Part shown: in pieces, positions 1 to 12,268 of the stretch
Layout of the letters: each line of letters opens with the position of its first letter
How positions within the stretch are numbered: position 1 is the stretch's first letter
From: Rhina ancylostomus
Lineage: Eukaryota
NCBI GenBank assembly: GCA_030265395.1
Contig: JARFYF010000061.1
Location: forward strand, 17,533,306 to 17,597,305
Length of the DNA stretch: 64,000 bases
Direction: 5' to 3'
Made by a program: the position numbers and the translations under genes
Notes under the pieces: generated by a model
Told to the model about the DNA's origin: nothing
Seen by the model: only the letters and a program-made list of their open reading frames with translations
Databases searched by the model: none

Positions 1-939
1 GACCAGAATGTGAATTTTTTATCAGGTTCTTTGACTCAGCTGCTGCAATTTTGTTTGAAAAGTTGCGGAAGCCAAAGTAAATACTGTCTTTCAGAGGGCT
101 TGTCTGAAATCGATCTCCCAAGTTTTTTGGGAACCGAAGTTATTTCAAATGACAGTTAATTTGTGGAAGGCTTTGGGTACTTTAACAAAGTGTGGTTGGC
201 TTGGGAGACCACATGAGAAAAAGCAACAATAGCTTGCATTTATATGTAGTTCCTCTAGGTTAAGAAGATTTCTTGGAACACTGTATAATAAGAATTAAAG
301 TGATCCATTGAATGCTCATGGCAGTTAAATAAGAAAATTAAATGTTGCTTCCAGCAGTGCTTGGCAGGCTACATGTGTACTGTAGAAGGGTTGAAATCAG
401 CCTCAAGCAAACAGGAGCTGTTCCCATGAAGAAGTGCAGTTGAACCAGTTCTTGTGTCAACTCTGTTTGTTAACTTTGGTTGAACCAATGAGATGAAGAT
501 GTGAAATGGCACAAGGTAGAGCTCTGTCTCTGGGAGTTAGCAACAGCAAAAGAATTTCTTTGTAATGGGTTCTTTTGAATGTTATGGTGTGGAGAACCGG
601 GATCTGATCTTGGTGTAATTGTGGTCCAAGAATAGTTATTGACTATATCTTTAGATCACTGAGCCCATGGGAAAATCTTGGTACCTGCATTGAGAATGAG
701 GTGTTTGCTGGTACGTATATGTGATGAAGGCTGGCCTTGAGTACTTAGGAAATTACTGTTAAATTATCTCTCCTCTCCATTCCTAGTGATTAGATAGAAA
801 GGTGCCACAGCGCTGATGGGATACACTCATTACTGATACTCTGAAAATAGTCCACTTTTCTAAATGGCTGAAGTCAAAGACCAGAAATACCTCTGAACAA
901 GACTATGTTCAGTTGTCATTAATTTAGCCATAGACCTAC

Positions 940-1245
940 AGACCTCTGAGATATCTGAACTAATCTAATTTTGACTATTCATCATCACCAGATCTAATCA
1001 TTCTGCATTTTTTGTTTGTACTCTTCAACTATTAATGCCAAAAACCAGAAGTCCCTTCCTAGACCTCTCATTGTCTCTTTCCTCCATTTAGATACTCTTT
1101 AAAATTGACTCCTTTGATTAAGCTATTGGACATCTAGCCTATTATCTGTCAATGTTGCTCCACTTCTAGATTTATTTGATATTATATCCACAAAGTGCAT
1201 GGGATTTTTTTTTGTAATAAGGGTGCTACATAAGACATGTTGTTG
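940..1245 (+). mobile_element. L2 LINE 3' fragment (old)
   Basis: Has the L2-type 3' region (ctctttaaaattgactcctttgattaagctattggac) and the tail gggtgctacataagacatgttgttg; same family as 41290-41995. Confidence 0.6.
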
Positions 1246-1559
1246 CATTTTCTTCTCAATGGCCAAAGATAAATTCCCTGTAGCCAATATAAGTTGGGTC
1301 CAGGATTATGTTATACGTTAGATTTATGACAAGGATAGGAAATATGATAGAGAGGGAGTAAATCAGCCTTCACAGACTGTCAATCAGCCTGTATTCTTGT
1401 CATTCAGTGGCCTTTTTCAAATAGTACAATTGGTAAGTCTTGTATCTGGGCCCTTAGACCAATAGGTTGGTCATATTAGAGTGAAGATAAAGCTAATATG
1501 ACATGTTGTCAATGATTATCATCCTTGGAGAATAGCTGTAGGGAGTTCTACCTTTGGCC

Positions 1560-1815
1560 TTTGAGAAGAAAATGCATCAGCATGTATTTCTCCCTGACGT
1601 CCGAGCCAATGTTTATCCCTTACTTAACAACACAATGAACAGAATTTCTGGTCATTTCACATGCTGCTTATGGAAATGCACTGTGCAGAAATTGGCCATT
1701 GTGTTCCTTACATTACGATACTGACTACACTACAAAAGTATTGTATTGGAAATAAAATTCATTGAGATGAACGGACAGAGCTAAAGGCACAATGCAAATG
1801 CAAGTTTTCCTTTTT
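1560..1815 (+). mobile_element. Deu-domain SINE (SacSINE1/AmnSINE1-like), 3' part
   Basis: ccaatgtttatccct...ctggtcatt...aaattggc...cattac...gactacac...aaaggcac...aaatgcaagtt; colinear with the better copy at 33790-34190. Confidence 0.75.
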
Positions 1816-1985
1816 AGCACCTTTAAAGGTAGAATCTTTGACACATGGAATATCCCATGGCCCCTCATGGGAATGTTATCAAATAAAATTAGAGACTTAG
1901 CCCCTAGAGACCAGAAGTCCAATAGCTTAATCAAAGAAGTCAATTCTAAGAAGTGTCTTAATGGAAGATAGAGACATTGAGACTT
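1800..1985 (-). mobile_element. L2 LINE 3' fragment, inverted relative to 940-1245
   Basis: The reverse complement of 1911-1945 matches 1103-1137 at 32/35 positions. Confidence 0.6.
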
Positions 1986-2589
1986 GTTTATGGATTGCTT
2001 GGGGTTAATATGGTTCCAAAATGCTTTACACCTATTTCTAATTTGGAGATTGGAATAACATTGATCCTCTATGATAAGCTCATAAACAGAATCTATAATT
2101 CAAACAGGTAAACAGTATTTGAAATGTTTCAATGATTGATCAATCAGCCTGACATAATACAAAATCTGGGAAAGTGAAATAATGGTGAAATGCGGAAAAG
2201 CGGATTTGTCAATGAGACTTTGCCACTCTTCATAGGCAGTATTTAACCCTGCAATCTAACACCACAGCAGTTGAAATGGCCTTAGACTTCTTATGTCAAT
2301 GACAAGTTTCTTCATATGCTGGATAACAGAAAAAAAAAATCATTATTTTATAAAGCCTTATTTTCTAAAATTATTTCTGCCAATAATTATCCAGTTTCAT
2401 ACAACAATGGACTTATTCCCTCCAGAGAACTTTACAGTTTGTACATATTAACTGTACAATATTCAGAAGTCAATAATAACACCTATCAGAGCCTGTTTAT
2501 TGGATTCATACCTTTCTTTTAATGCGTAAGTGTAGAAAATTCTGCAGTTAATCCCGAGAGCCTAGTTGCAGGAGAATAGGTGTGAATAA

Positions 2590-2933
2590 AAAAGGAAGAC
2601 TTATATTTATGTAGTGCCTTTAGCACATTCAGTTCATCTCAGCACACATCATCAACATCTCAGTAGTCTTGTCGTGTAGTCAGCATTGTAATGTAAGGAA
2701 CACAGTGGCCAATTTCAACACAGCAGTATGTGAGTTTCCACAGGCAGAATGTGAAATGACCAGAAATTCTGTTTATCATGTTGTTAAGTAAGGAATAATT
2801 ATTGACTGGGACATCAGGGAGAAGTCCCCAGCTGTTTAAATTCATGTTATCAGATTTTTATATTCATCTTTGTAAAGTAATTTGTTTTGACCCCTTATCC
2901 AAAAGATCGACCACCAGAGCAGACTTCCCTCAG
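2590..2933 (-). mobile_element. Deu-domain SINE
   Basis: Tail aagacttatatttatgtagtgcctt; body is the reverse complement of 1590-1740 with 25/25, 15/15 and 28/29 identical blocks. Confidence 0.75.
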
Positions 2934-2949
2934 ATTCATAAGCAAGAGT

Positions 2950-3310
2950 GCTACTAACTGAGACAAAGGCAACAGTGCTTAATTACGCAATAAATGAAAA
3001 TTACAGTCTTCATATCATCTATATTAACTAAATTCCTACTCATACCCCTATTCCAGTTGGAATTTTGTGAGGTAAAATCTTTCTTTTTACAGTTCCCAGT
3101 ATCAAAGAACAGTAAGGTCAGCTGACTCTCCGGCAGTGACATGATTTCTGAACACTGCTCCGGTCCTCATCATGGCATTAAACACAATGAGCAAAGGTCT
3201 GTAGCTAAACAAAGTGGTCCCCTGCATAAATGAAAAGGTGTTTCAATGAAAATATGATTGATAAAGCTCAGAACAAAAGGTGATTTAAGGATGAATTACC
3301 ATTTATAGTG
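2950..3310. promoter_or_regulatory. Candidate conserved non-coding element / enhancer
   Basis: Non-repetitive block with TCF (atcaaag 3101), Sox (acacaatg 3182, aacaaag 3208), POU-like (tgcataaat 3223) and Pbx-type (tgattgat 3255) motifs. Conservation was not tested. Confidence 0.3.
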
Positions 3311-3469
3311 AGTGGTGTCAGAAACACTTCAACAAACCAAATAGCACTTTGTTTTTCCATTGTCTTGCTTTCTCTTTTCGTTATTGCAACTATGGTCCCT
3401 ACACATGAGTCCAGTCCAATATCAGGTTGGAGAGGGTGTGTTGTTTGTGATCTTTACAGATAATAAGGC

Positions 3470-3925
3470 AGAATGATATGCAATTATGTTGTATTGTTCA
3501 CAACCTCAGGATGTCCCAAAATACTTCACAGGCATTGAAGAACCATAATAGTGTAACTACCACTGCAAAGTGACAAAATTGTCCACCGATTCACAGACAA
3601 CAAGGCCACAGAGAAAGCGAGGCAAGACTGACCATGTAATCCGTTTGTGGTGTTGACTGAGGAATAGATATTGTTCAGACCAGTGAATATAACCACAATC
3701 TTCTCTTCAAAATGCTGTTGTAAGATCTTTTACATCCAGATAATACCAAAGAAAGAATGTGCACAAACAGCAATAGGATAAATGACCAGTTGTTCATGCT
3801 AATGGTAATGTTGTCTAAGACTGACATGATAAAATCTCTTGCATCCTCCTCATTGGGTAGGACCTTATTTTGCTTATTTCATCTGACATGCAGCACCTCT
3901 GTCAATGCATTATTCCTCCAGAACT
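3470..3925 (-). mobile_element. Two tandem Deu-domain SINE fragments
   Basis: First piece: ttcacaacctcaggatgtcccaaaatacttcacagg...gatcttttacatcc. Second piece: cacaaacagcaat...aatgaccag...catctga...gcacctctgtcaatgca. Confidence 0.6.
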
Positions 3926-3949
3926 ATGATGAAAATGACAGAGAACGGA

Positions 3950-4384
3950 CAACTGGCACTACTAATTTAGTCTACTCCACACAGAAACTGGAATTGTGAC
4001 TACATCCTATCAGTACCAAACCTAATTTGGTTGACATAGATATATATGAGCAGCAGTTACAGTACTTGGTGACATTATCATTCTGCGATGGCTTGGCATA
4101 ATTGTAAGAACTGGCATCCTTTGCACAATAGTTCCTCAAACAAGTTGGCATAATTATAAAAACTGGCACAGTTGTACAGTTGGTGTAGGTGACACAGCTG
4201 CCACAATCCAAATTAAACTGTGGTTAGTCATGGCCTGACTCAGTTGGAACAACTGCGATCATTAACAAAGGTAGTATCATTAAATGGGCACAGTTGGTGG
4301 AGGTGGCAGCGTCCCTGAAAACAAACACATCTGGCACCAGTGAAAGAGAATGGCTAGTGCTACTGCTACGCTTGGTTTGTTTGA
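3950..4384. repeat. Degenerate (cryptic) tandem repeat rich in tggca/cagttgg
   Basis: 4093-4116 vs 4145-4168 match at 22/24; 4177-4194 vs 4291-4308 match at 16/18; the block runs into a 100-N gap. Confidence 0.4.
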
Positions 4385-7074
4385 NNNNNNNNNNNNNNNN
4401 NNNNNNNNNNNNNNNNNNNNNNNNNNNNNNNNNNNNNNNNNNNNNNNNNNNNNNNNNNNNNNNNNNNNNNNNNNNNNNNNNNNNTTGACACAAATATTAC
4501 ATGTTGACACCGGTAATATTGCATATTGTCAATCTGGCATCCTTTATCCCATGGGTGTTTGCAAAATAGAAAAAAATACTGCTGTGTAACTTAATGTAAT
4601 TATGTTGACGTTCCAACAAATTTATAGTAAAGAATGCTAGCAAGAATTACTGTATGTTAATGACCATATTGTATGCCTAACTGACACCTAAATCTCCAAT
4701 TTGTATTCTTTTTAGAGCTGTGATACACTGAATATTGGCAATCTATTGCACAGGATAATGCCATTGCAGGATATTTAATTACGACTTTTTTGACAATCCA
4801 TATGTCACATAAATAATGCATAACACCTTGTAAAGTAAATTAGTGCACATTTCTGTTAGCCATTTTTTAAGTGACATTTTTCTGGCTTTTCTGGAGGTTG
4901 TGTAAAGGGTACTAATTAATGGTGTTTAGTTACAATCCAAATTTGCAACAGTAATTCTAATTTCGGACTAGAGAAGAGTTTAAACGATGAGGGGAGCCGA
5001 TAGCCATGCTGACCTCATAGGTGCCATGGTGTCTGGTCCTAGGGCAAATGGTGTGCCCCACTGTGCTGCTTCGACATAGTGACAGAGTATTGCTGAAACT
5101 ATTCTGGACCCTGGACAAGAAGTTATAGTTCTGCTGACAGAGAGCACCTGCTGATGTCAGGCTTCTTCTGCATTCTTTACATTCGCGGCAGTAAAGGATT
5201 ATTTTCAGTTGTGTGAAATGATCTCTGTGACATTAGGTGACCCAGGGGTCAGATGTGCTGTCTGTCTCTTTAGAAGTTAAATGATCCATTAGAAATGAGC
5301 AACTACTTCCAAAATACAGCAAGTATTGACACAGCTGATCACTTTGTGATGAAACTATTTCTACTAACTCTGAAGTAAGCGGTTAAAGAAACAATTAATT
5401 GCAAATTGCTTCCATTCCAGCAATGAGCTCATGGATCAAAGAAGTGCAATCTTATCTGTTTATGCTCAAGATTTATGATTTTTAAAATAATAATATTTTG
5501 TTTTTGATGGCAATGACATTCTTGTAAATGCTTAAAGCAAAAATTGCAAAGCTTAAAACGTGCTGATATTATTGAATATGCAATTATCACAAAATGTGTT
5601 CTGCTGCTCATATTTATGGTCTGATAACGTCAGCTAATAGCTTGATTTTTTTTGTGTGGAGGGTGGAATGGAGTGGCGGGTGTGGTGGATAGACATTTGA
5701 AAGAGAACAACACCCACAGCAGCAAGGAAATATTTGCACGCAGATATTTTGGTGACATTAATTGACATTGCCCCAAACAGGTCAGACTGTCATTCTCCCT
5801 AGACATCAGAGCGTGACACCAGAGTCTATTTTGCCCTCAGGGATTTGAAATTAGATTCTAAATTAGGAAAAGGCAGTGCTCCCTTTGGTTGGTTTATAAT
5901 AGGTTATCTTATATAAGCTGGATGTCAAACCATATATGAAATATTAGCATATTTATTTCACAGCTCAGCACAGGTGGTTGGGCTCAGGGTATCCCATTTA
6001 TAAATTTGTTTCTATGTGGTAACTGCTCACAATTAGAACAGAAAGAATGTCAGCATCTAACAGCAGAGATTATGTAGACCCAGATTGGTTGCAATTGATA
6101 AAATATGACCTAGTTCAGACCTGTATTGTCTGCATGCACGTTCTAATTCAAGATATTATGCGCTGGTCCTCTTGGGAACACTTGAACCAGATCAAGTATG
6201 TTCTTGCATGGAATTTGCATGTGATGAGGTGCAGTAGGTAGCAAATAAACTTTAATTTTAAGAAAAAGAAAGCTTTGTTATCACAGTACCAGCACATGAC
6301 AGCTTTACTGTGTTGTGGTTCACTGTTCATTCCCAAATCAGTATACACACAGAAACCTTTGCAAGGTGAAATAAAACTTTGGGAAACAATTATGTTTAAG
6401 CTATAATAGAAACAAAATGGCAAGGTGAAGGATGATCTGTATGACATTGTACACTAACTGTGGAATTCAGCCTGTTGCCCTGAAAGACACACATGGCCCG
6501 TCATAAGTTTACAATACAAATTATCAGGGAACATTTTTAGTGTCACTTTTTGTTGACATGCACATATATTCTGTGGCTTTGGATGCTGGGTTACTGAAAG
6601 ATTTGGGGGAGGCAAAAACCTGCAAAGCAAATCAGAATTTCTTTATTTTGGCGGTTGGCCTGTTTTTTCCCTATTCAGAAAGGAAAGACTCAAAAGAGTC
6701 TTTTACAAACAACATCTGCTGTGCATTCTTTGTCACTATGAATGTGTTCATCACTGGCATGATCTCCGATATATCCCACAATCTACAAATATAGTCTGGG
6801 CTTTAGTAAGGCATTGTGATTGCATCATAAAATCTATGGTTGACACTGTTAGATTATGAAGTGTGGTACTAGAAGAGAATAGGGAATATAGTAGAGTTTG
6901 CCTAATTTAGCAGGTCGAAAGAGCAGAAACCAAAAATATGAGCATATGATTTACTATTGTGTCGAAGGGCAAAATTGGCATTGTTTTGTCATATCATGCA
7001 TGTGGCAGAATTGCAGACTTATATCGGATTCAACAATTTAGCTAAAAAGAAAGAGTAGTGATTTATTAGCAATT

Positions 7075-7296
7075 AGTTTATAGTGATGAGAGAGGAACTA
7101 AAGAGGTGGAGTCTGAGGTTTTCCCATTCTATGTCTACAGATGACATTATGAATGAGCAACAAGTGGATGAAGAGGAGAAGTGAACAGGGAATGAATGTT
7201 GGAGAATTCTAAAGGCGGACAACAGAAAAAGGGCATTGAAGAGAAATGGAGTGGTCAACTGCGTGAAAAGCTGCTGAGGGTTTAAGGCAAATAAGG
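7075..7296 (-). mobile_element. L2 LINE reverse-transcriptase fragment
   Basis: Minus-strand translation LICLKPSAAFHAVDHSISLQC resembles the L2 RT motif LLDLSAAFDTVDH.ILL.RL. Confidence 0.6.
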
Positions 7297-10234
7297 CTGA
7301 ACACTACATCGTGAAGAAATATTCTTTCCCACGTCTCAGTAAACTTAAAACTTTAAGAAATTATTACTGAGGCTGTAAGCTTTGTAGGCCATCATAGACT
7401 TTACAGTGACACTGTAAGACTGTGATAAAACAGAATGTGCATCTAATAATAGCCATGTTGAATCTACTGGGCTTTGTTGTATTGTTTCTTTAACACCATT
7501 TAGAATTCAGTCTGTATTTGATAACTGATTGGCAGCCTCTTAAGTGACTTCATTAGCATAACGCCAAAGGCTTTATCCTTCTAGCATCTGAATAAAGTAA
7601 AATGTATTGATAACTTCTTTGTTGTGACATAAGTTGGAAAATAAATGTTATATATGTAATGATATTCCTCAAAGCTGATCCTTTAAAGATTCGGTTCAGT
7701 GAATGGAGCAAATCCAGTGATATGATTGAGATATAATGCAAAAAAAAGGATGAATTTGCAAAGGAAATGCTTACAGCCTCATGAGGGCAAGTAGTTTTGA
7801 ATGAATTTATTGTGGTTGTAATGGGTCCAGCTTTACTTCAAATTCTGTTATCCCAACCTGGTGCGTTTAATCACAAGTGAATTATTTTAGTTCCATTATT
7901 GTCTCAGTGAATGCACATCTTCTTTAAATGACAATCTTGCACTTTGTCCATTGTTTAGGATACTTTACAGGAATTAAATTAAAGGAAAATAATGTAATAT
8001 GGATATTCAGTTTTCTAAACAGAGGTTAATTTGATTTGAGCTCATTGCACTTTCTTCTGCTATGCCTCAGGGGAATGTGACGGTTATTGGTTACAGTGAA
8101 CACTTGCCTAGCAATCTTTATACTAATTGGACAGTAATGTATAGCTTTGGTCAGCAAATATCTCCCTATGCAGTTTTCTTTTGAGAGTAATCAACGCACT
8201 TTAGAAGACACATAGGCCTCGGAGACCTGAAACAACCTTGGTAGAGCTAGCCTTTTAGTGGAAAGTACAGTTAATTTACAACAGTCAGTACTTAAGTGCA
8301 GCTGTACATTGCTGAAGTCTCCATTTAAAGACCACCTAAATCATTAAAGCTGTGACTTGAATATTAAAGTACAGTGTTCTCCAAAACAATTTATTTGTGT
8401 GTTAATACAATTGTATGCATTCTTTCTTTCATTTATATAATTTAATAAAATCAGTTACAGTTTTGATCTAAATATAACTTAATGTTTTGAGTTGAATGAT
8501 GTGGTGATTCAAAAAAAATAGAAAATCTTGTAACTCTTAACCAGAATAATTTAGCTTTGATTTGTATGAGTGACTGATTAAAACTGAGGACACCATGATG
8601 GGGGTTTAATGGCTATTCAACTGACTGACTGTTAATCAATATATAGCTGTAGTCAACTAACATTTTCATAGATAATTAAAAGAGAGAATAATTGTAAGGA
8701 CTTACCCTGCCTAATCTATTCCATTTCTTGTGCTTTTTTGTATGGGGGTTCAAGTCTCTTTTCCAATTCACTCCTGCAATTGAAACCTTGCTTTGAGATT
8801 AGCTGTCTGTTGAACATCACCCATATTGAAAGACTACAGAGGAATCATAACATAGGAAGAGGGGACATGAGAAAGTATGACGGAAATTCAAGTTTCTTTT
8901 TACCAATACAAGTTATGTATCCAAAAAATTAATAGGTAAGGTTTTCGCATTGCTATTTTTTAGGTTGGGATATTGAAAGTATCCACTAATGATTCAGAGA
9001 TGTACAATTTCTATTTTAGCTTGAAACAATAGCAATGTCATGAACCTTTAATACACCATACATAACTTTTCATTAATGGAGATCTCTTATTAATGGATAC
9101 ATAAAATACTGGAATCCTAGAAGTTTTTTTCTTCAACATAGCCAAATATCCAATTATATTTTGAAAGTGGAATGTCACCGAATGAGTTGAAACTTTTGGT
9201 GGGGGTTTGGGGTTGAGAACTGTACTGGTAGAATGAAGAAATAAATTTTGATGTTTTTTAAACTGGTTGCTAACTCCTTGGTTTGGGTTGTTACTGCTCT
9301 AGTCTGACAAAGTAGGCTGGTGGCTTTCCAGCCAAAGACACAAAATATGTAATAATCAATTCAAATTAAAAATTGCCACATGCACCAGCTGCATATCTTT
9401 GACACTGGAGAAGGAAAATGTATGCAGCAAAGCATGGGATGCATTTTCTGATTGCTGTGACCCTGAGTCACCAGCTGGGAAAAACATAGTTCCATTTGAC
9501 AATGTTATGAGCACTTGAGCGTCTGCACATAAATCTGGTTTGAAAGAGGCAGCCCAGCTGTTGATGAGCAAAAGCTATGGTTAGCGAGTTGTTACATGTG
9601 AGTAACCCACAGAGCTATTTATGTTGTGACATGAGAGTCTTGTTCTATAGGCTAAAAGCTTTGGGGGATGATTATGTTTGTTACAGAGTTTGATCTATAA
9701 ATTGCCTGACAGATTACACTACCTCATGGTTTCTGGGACTTCCATCCTTTAGGATTGGGGATGTGGAAAGGACCTACGAGTAATAACGTACCCTTGGGTC
9801 TGCACTCCATTTCTCTCATTGGGAGTTGTGGAATTTACTGTCTGTATGTGATGCAGACACACTGTATGTCATTTTGATAAGGTTCTGTTGCACATGGAGG
9901 CCAGAAATGGCAACTCAATAATCCTCCCTTTGCACCATGCTGAGATATAGTAAGTCTAGTTCAAAGGTGTTTCTGAGGTCATTGGAAAACAGATGGTTTC
10001 CATTGCCCAAAAAATTTCCTTTGAGAACTCCATTCCGAATGTGAAACTAAAATTTATAGGCTATGAAATTGGGTCCCATGGTGATTGCTATTTGGATGCA
10101 CCCAGTGCCATTTTAGCTCCAATTTTGTGCGTTGTCATGGGCGCATTTTCAGTATGATTCAAGCTGTCCACCATATTTGGTAGAACTATGGAGTGTGAAA
10201 TGTTGCTGCATGTCAGAAATATGCAAAATAGGCA

Positions 10235-10612
10235 AGTCATAGAATCATCGCCATGTATGAGACAGAACGGAAGCCATACAGCCCACTGTGCCAACATTAG
10301 TCAAAAATGAAGCAGTGAAGTAGTTTCAACTTTCCAGGTTTCCAGCAGCAGCTCTTCAACAACTCAGCTGGGTACTATTTAAATGTAATGAAGTTTTCTG
10401 TTTCCACCACCCTCTGGACTCATTCTAATCTTTGGATGAAAAAATGTCCTAGCTCATTCTTCTACCAACTGAGGGATATATACTTTTATACATCTCAGTT
10501 AAATTTCCTCCTGATCTTTGTTCTCAAGTAAATCAACTCCAACCTGGACAATCCTCATGTCTGGCGACATCTTCATAAACCTGCTTGACATCCTCTCTGG
10601 TGCTATTACATG
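10235..10612 (-). mobile_element. CR1 LINE 3' fragment (heavily decayed)
   Basis: Tail catagaatcat...gaagccatacagccca and body tttaaatg...tttccaccaccctctgg. Confidence 0.5.
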
Positions 10613-10949
10613 CTAAACTGTTGTCTGGTGACTGGAGAGCATTATGGACTAATATATTTGGGTAAATTAAACAAGTCAAGGTAATAGACAATAAATAGGA
10701 GAATAATAAGAGATGTAAAATCCATAGATTTCTAAATGTAACAGGACATGTAGATGTTCATTAGTTGAGGGATAGATAAAAGAGCTTTTAGAATGATCTC
10801 CCTGTTTGATTTTCTACTTGTTTGGTTTATGGAAATACATTAGTTCACAATTCTTTGCTTTTAATTCCACTTTGTGTCCACTAAACAGTGCATTGAAAAT
10901 ATCCAGCACTCAAGAACTTTCTTCCTCACTGCCAACCACACTGCCAATG

Positions 10950-11478
10950 TTGGTGGCATTGGTTTGGCCACAGCTGGAATATTGTGTCCAGTTCTGGGCA
11001 CCACACTTCAGTGACATTGCAGAAGAGATTAACCAAAATGATTGTAGGGATGAGTTTGGTGAATAGACTGGTGCAGCTAGGATTGTTTTCTTTGGAAGAG
11101 AGGAAGAGGCAAGGGGATTCAAATCATACATTAAAATCATGAAGGGCATCGGCAGATGAGATAGAGAGAAACTTCACTTGTTGGTGGAGGGTTCAAGAAC
11201 TAAAGGACATAAGAAAAGAACTAATCGGCAGATTTTGTTTTTGCCCAGTGAATGGTTAGAGCCTGGAATGTACTGCCAGGGAGAACCATGGAGGGAGACT
11301 TAATCAGAACATTCAAAAATGATCTGGACAAGTATGTGAAATGATAGAACTTGCAGAATTGTGGGGACAGAATGGGAAATGGGATGAGCTGAATTGCTCT
11401 TAAAATTGGTACAGACCGGACAGGTTGAATGGGCTTCTTCCATGCCTTAACCATTCTGTGATTCTCCAATGTTCTGTG
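10950..11478 (+). mobile_element. CR1 LINE 3' fragment
   Basis: Encodes LVWPQLEYCVQFWAPHF (CR1 ORF2 motif LVRPHLEYCVQFWSP), followed by a CR1 3' UTR ending attctgtgattct. Confidence 0.8.
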
Positions 11479-11519
11479 TACTTAGCAAACCTCTTAATTG
11501 TGGCTCTACACTTATGTCC

Positions 11520-11810
11520 AAGTTATTCATATAAATCCTGAAGAGTAAGCAGCAGATTACTAAGATTTGCAGTGCACCATTGCAGTCACTCAAATTCAAA
11601 CAATTTCCGTTGAGACAATGTTCAGTGCCTTCTCATTGTGATTTTGCTTTTTTAATCAATATGCCATGCAGGACTTTTCTCACAAGTCTTGCTGAAATTC
11701 ACATGAACTAGATCACATCATTTTTCTTATCCCCTCAAGGAACAGAATCTAATTGATCAGACGTGACATTCCCATAAATCCATGCTGACCATCCTTGATT
11801 AACTTGCACC
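11520..11810 (-). mobile_element. CR1 LINE RT fragment
   Basis: Minus-strand LIKDGQHGFMG resembles CR1 RT LIRDSQHGF; a decayed DFSK.FDKVPHG region lies at 11660-11700. Confidence 0.6.
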
Positions 11811-12080
11811 TCTCCAAAGGCTGATTTACACAGAAGCTCAGAACTGTTCCCAAAACTGGAAAATGTTGCAGTCCAAGTAGTTCAAGGTAGTTGGATATTT
11901 CAAATTTAGTTCCAGCCCGTTGCTGCCTGACATGGGCTCTGAGCATGCAATATGGTGGATAGAAAGAGGAAGAAAGGATCTACAGAACTGGGGTCTTGAT
12001 CAGAAGCAGGAGGAAGAAGGAAAGGAGTGTAAAGGTTCTCAGCGCAAAGCTCTATCCATCTAGCGATCCATGAAAATTAA

Positions 12081-12268
12081 AAAAAACTGCAGATGCTGGA
12101 AATCAGAAATAAAAGCCGAAAGTGCTAGAAAAAGCTAGTGTAGAAAGAGAAACTGAGTCAATGTTTCAGGACAAACAAAGGGCCTCAGACCAGAAATGTT
12201 AACTCTGTTTCTCTTTCCACAGATGCTACCTGGCCTGCTGAGCATGTCCAGCATTTTCTGGCTTTATT
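12081..12268. mobile_element. Palindromic mini-element made of two inverted Penelope-type terminal repeats
   Basis: Left arm ctgcagatgctggaaatc...gaaagagaaactgagtcaatgtttcagg; right arm ccagaaatgttaactctgtttctctttccacagatgct...cagcattttctggctttatt is its reverse complement. Confidence 0.75.

Noticed and set aside
8706-8833. Minus-strand exon-like unit (cctctgtag acceptor, AGG|gtaagt donor)
   Set aside because: All three frames from the best acceptor hit stops; a weaker internal acceptor gives only an unrecognised 22-codon peptide.
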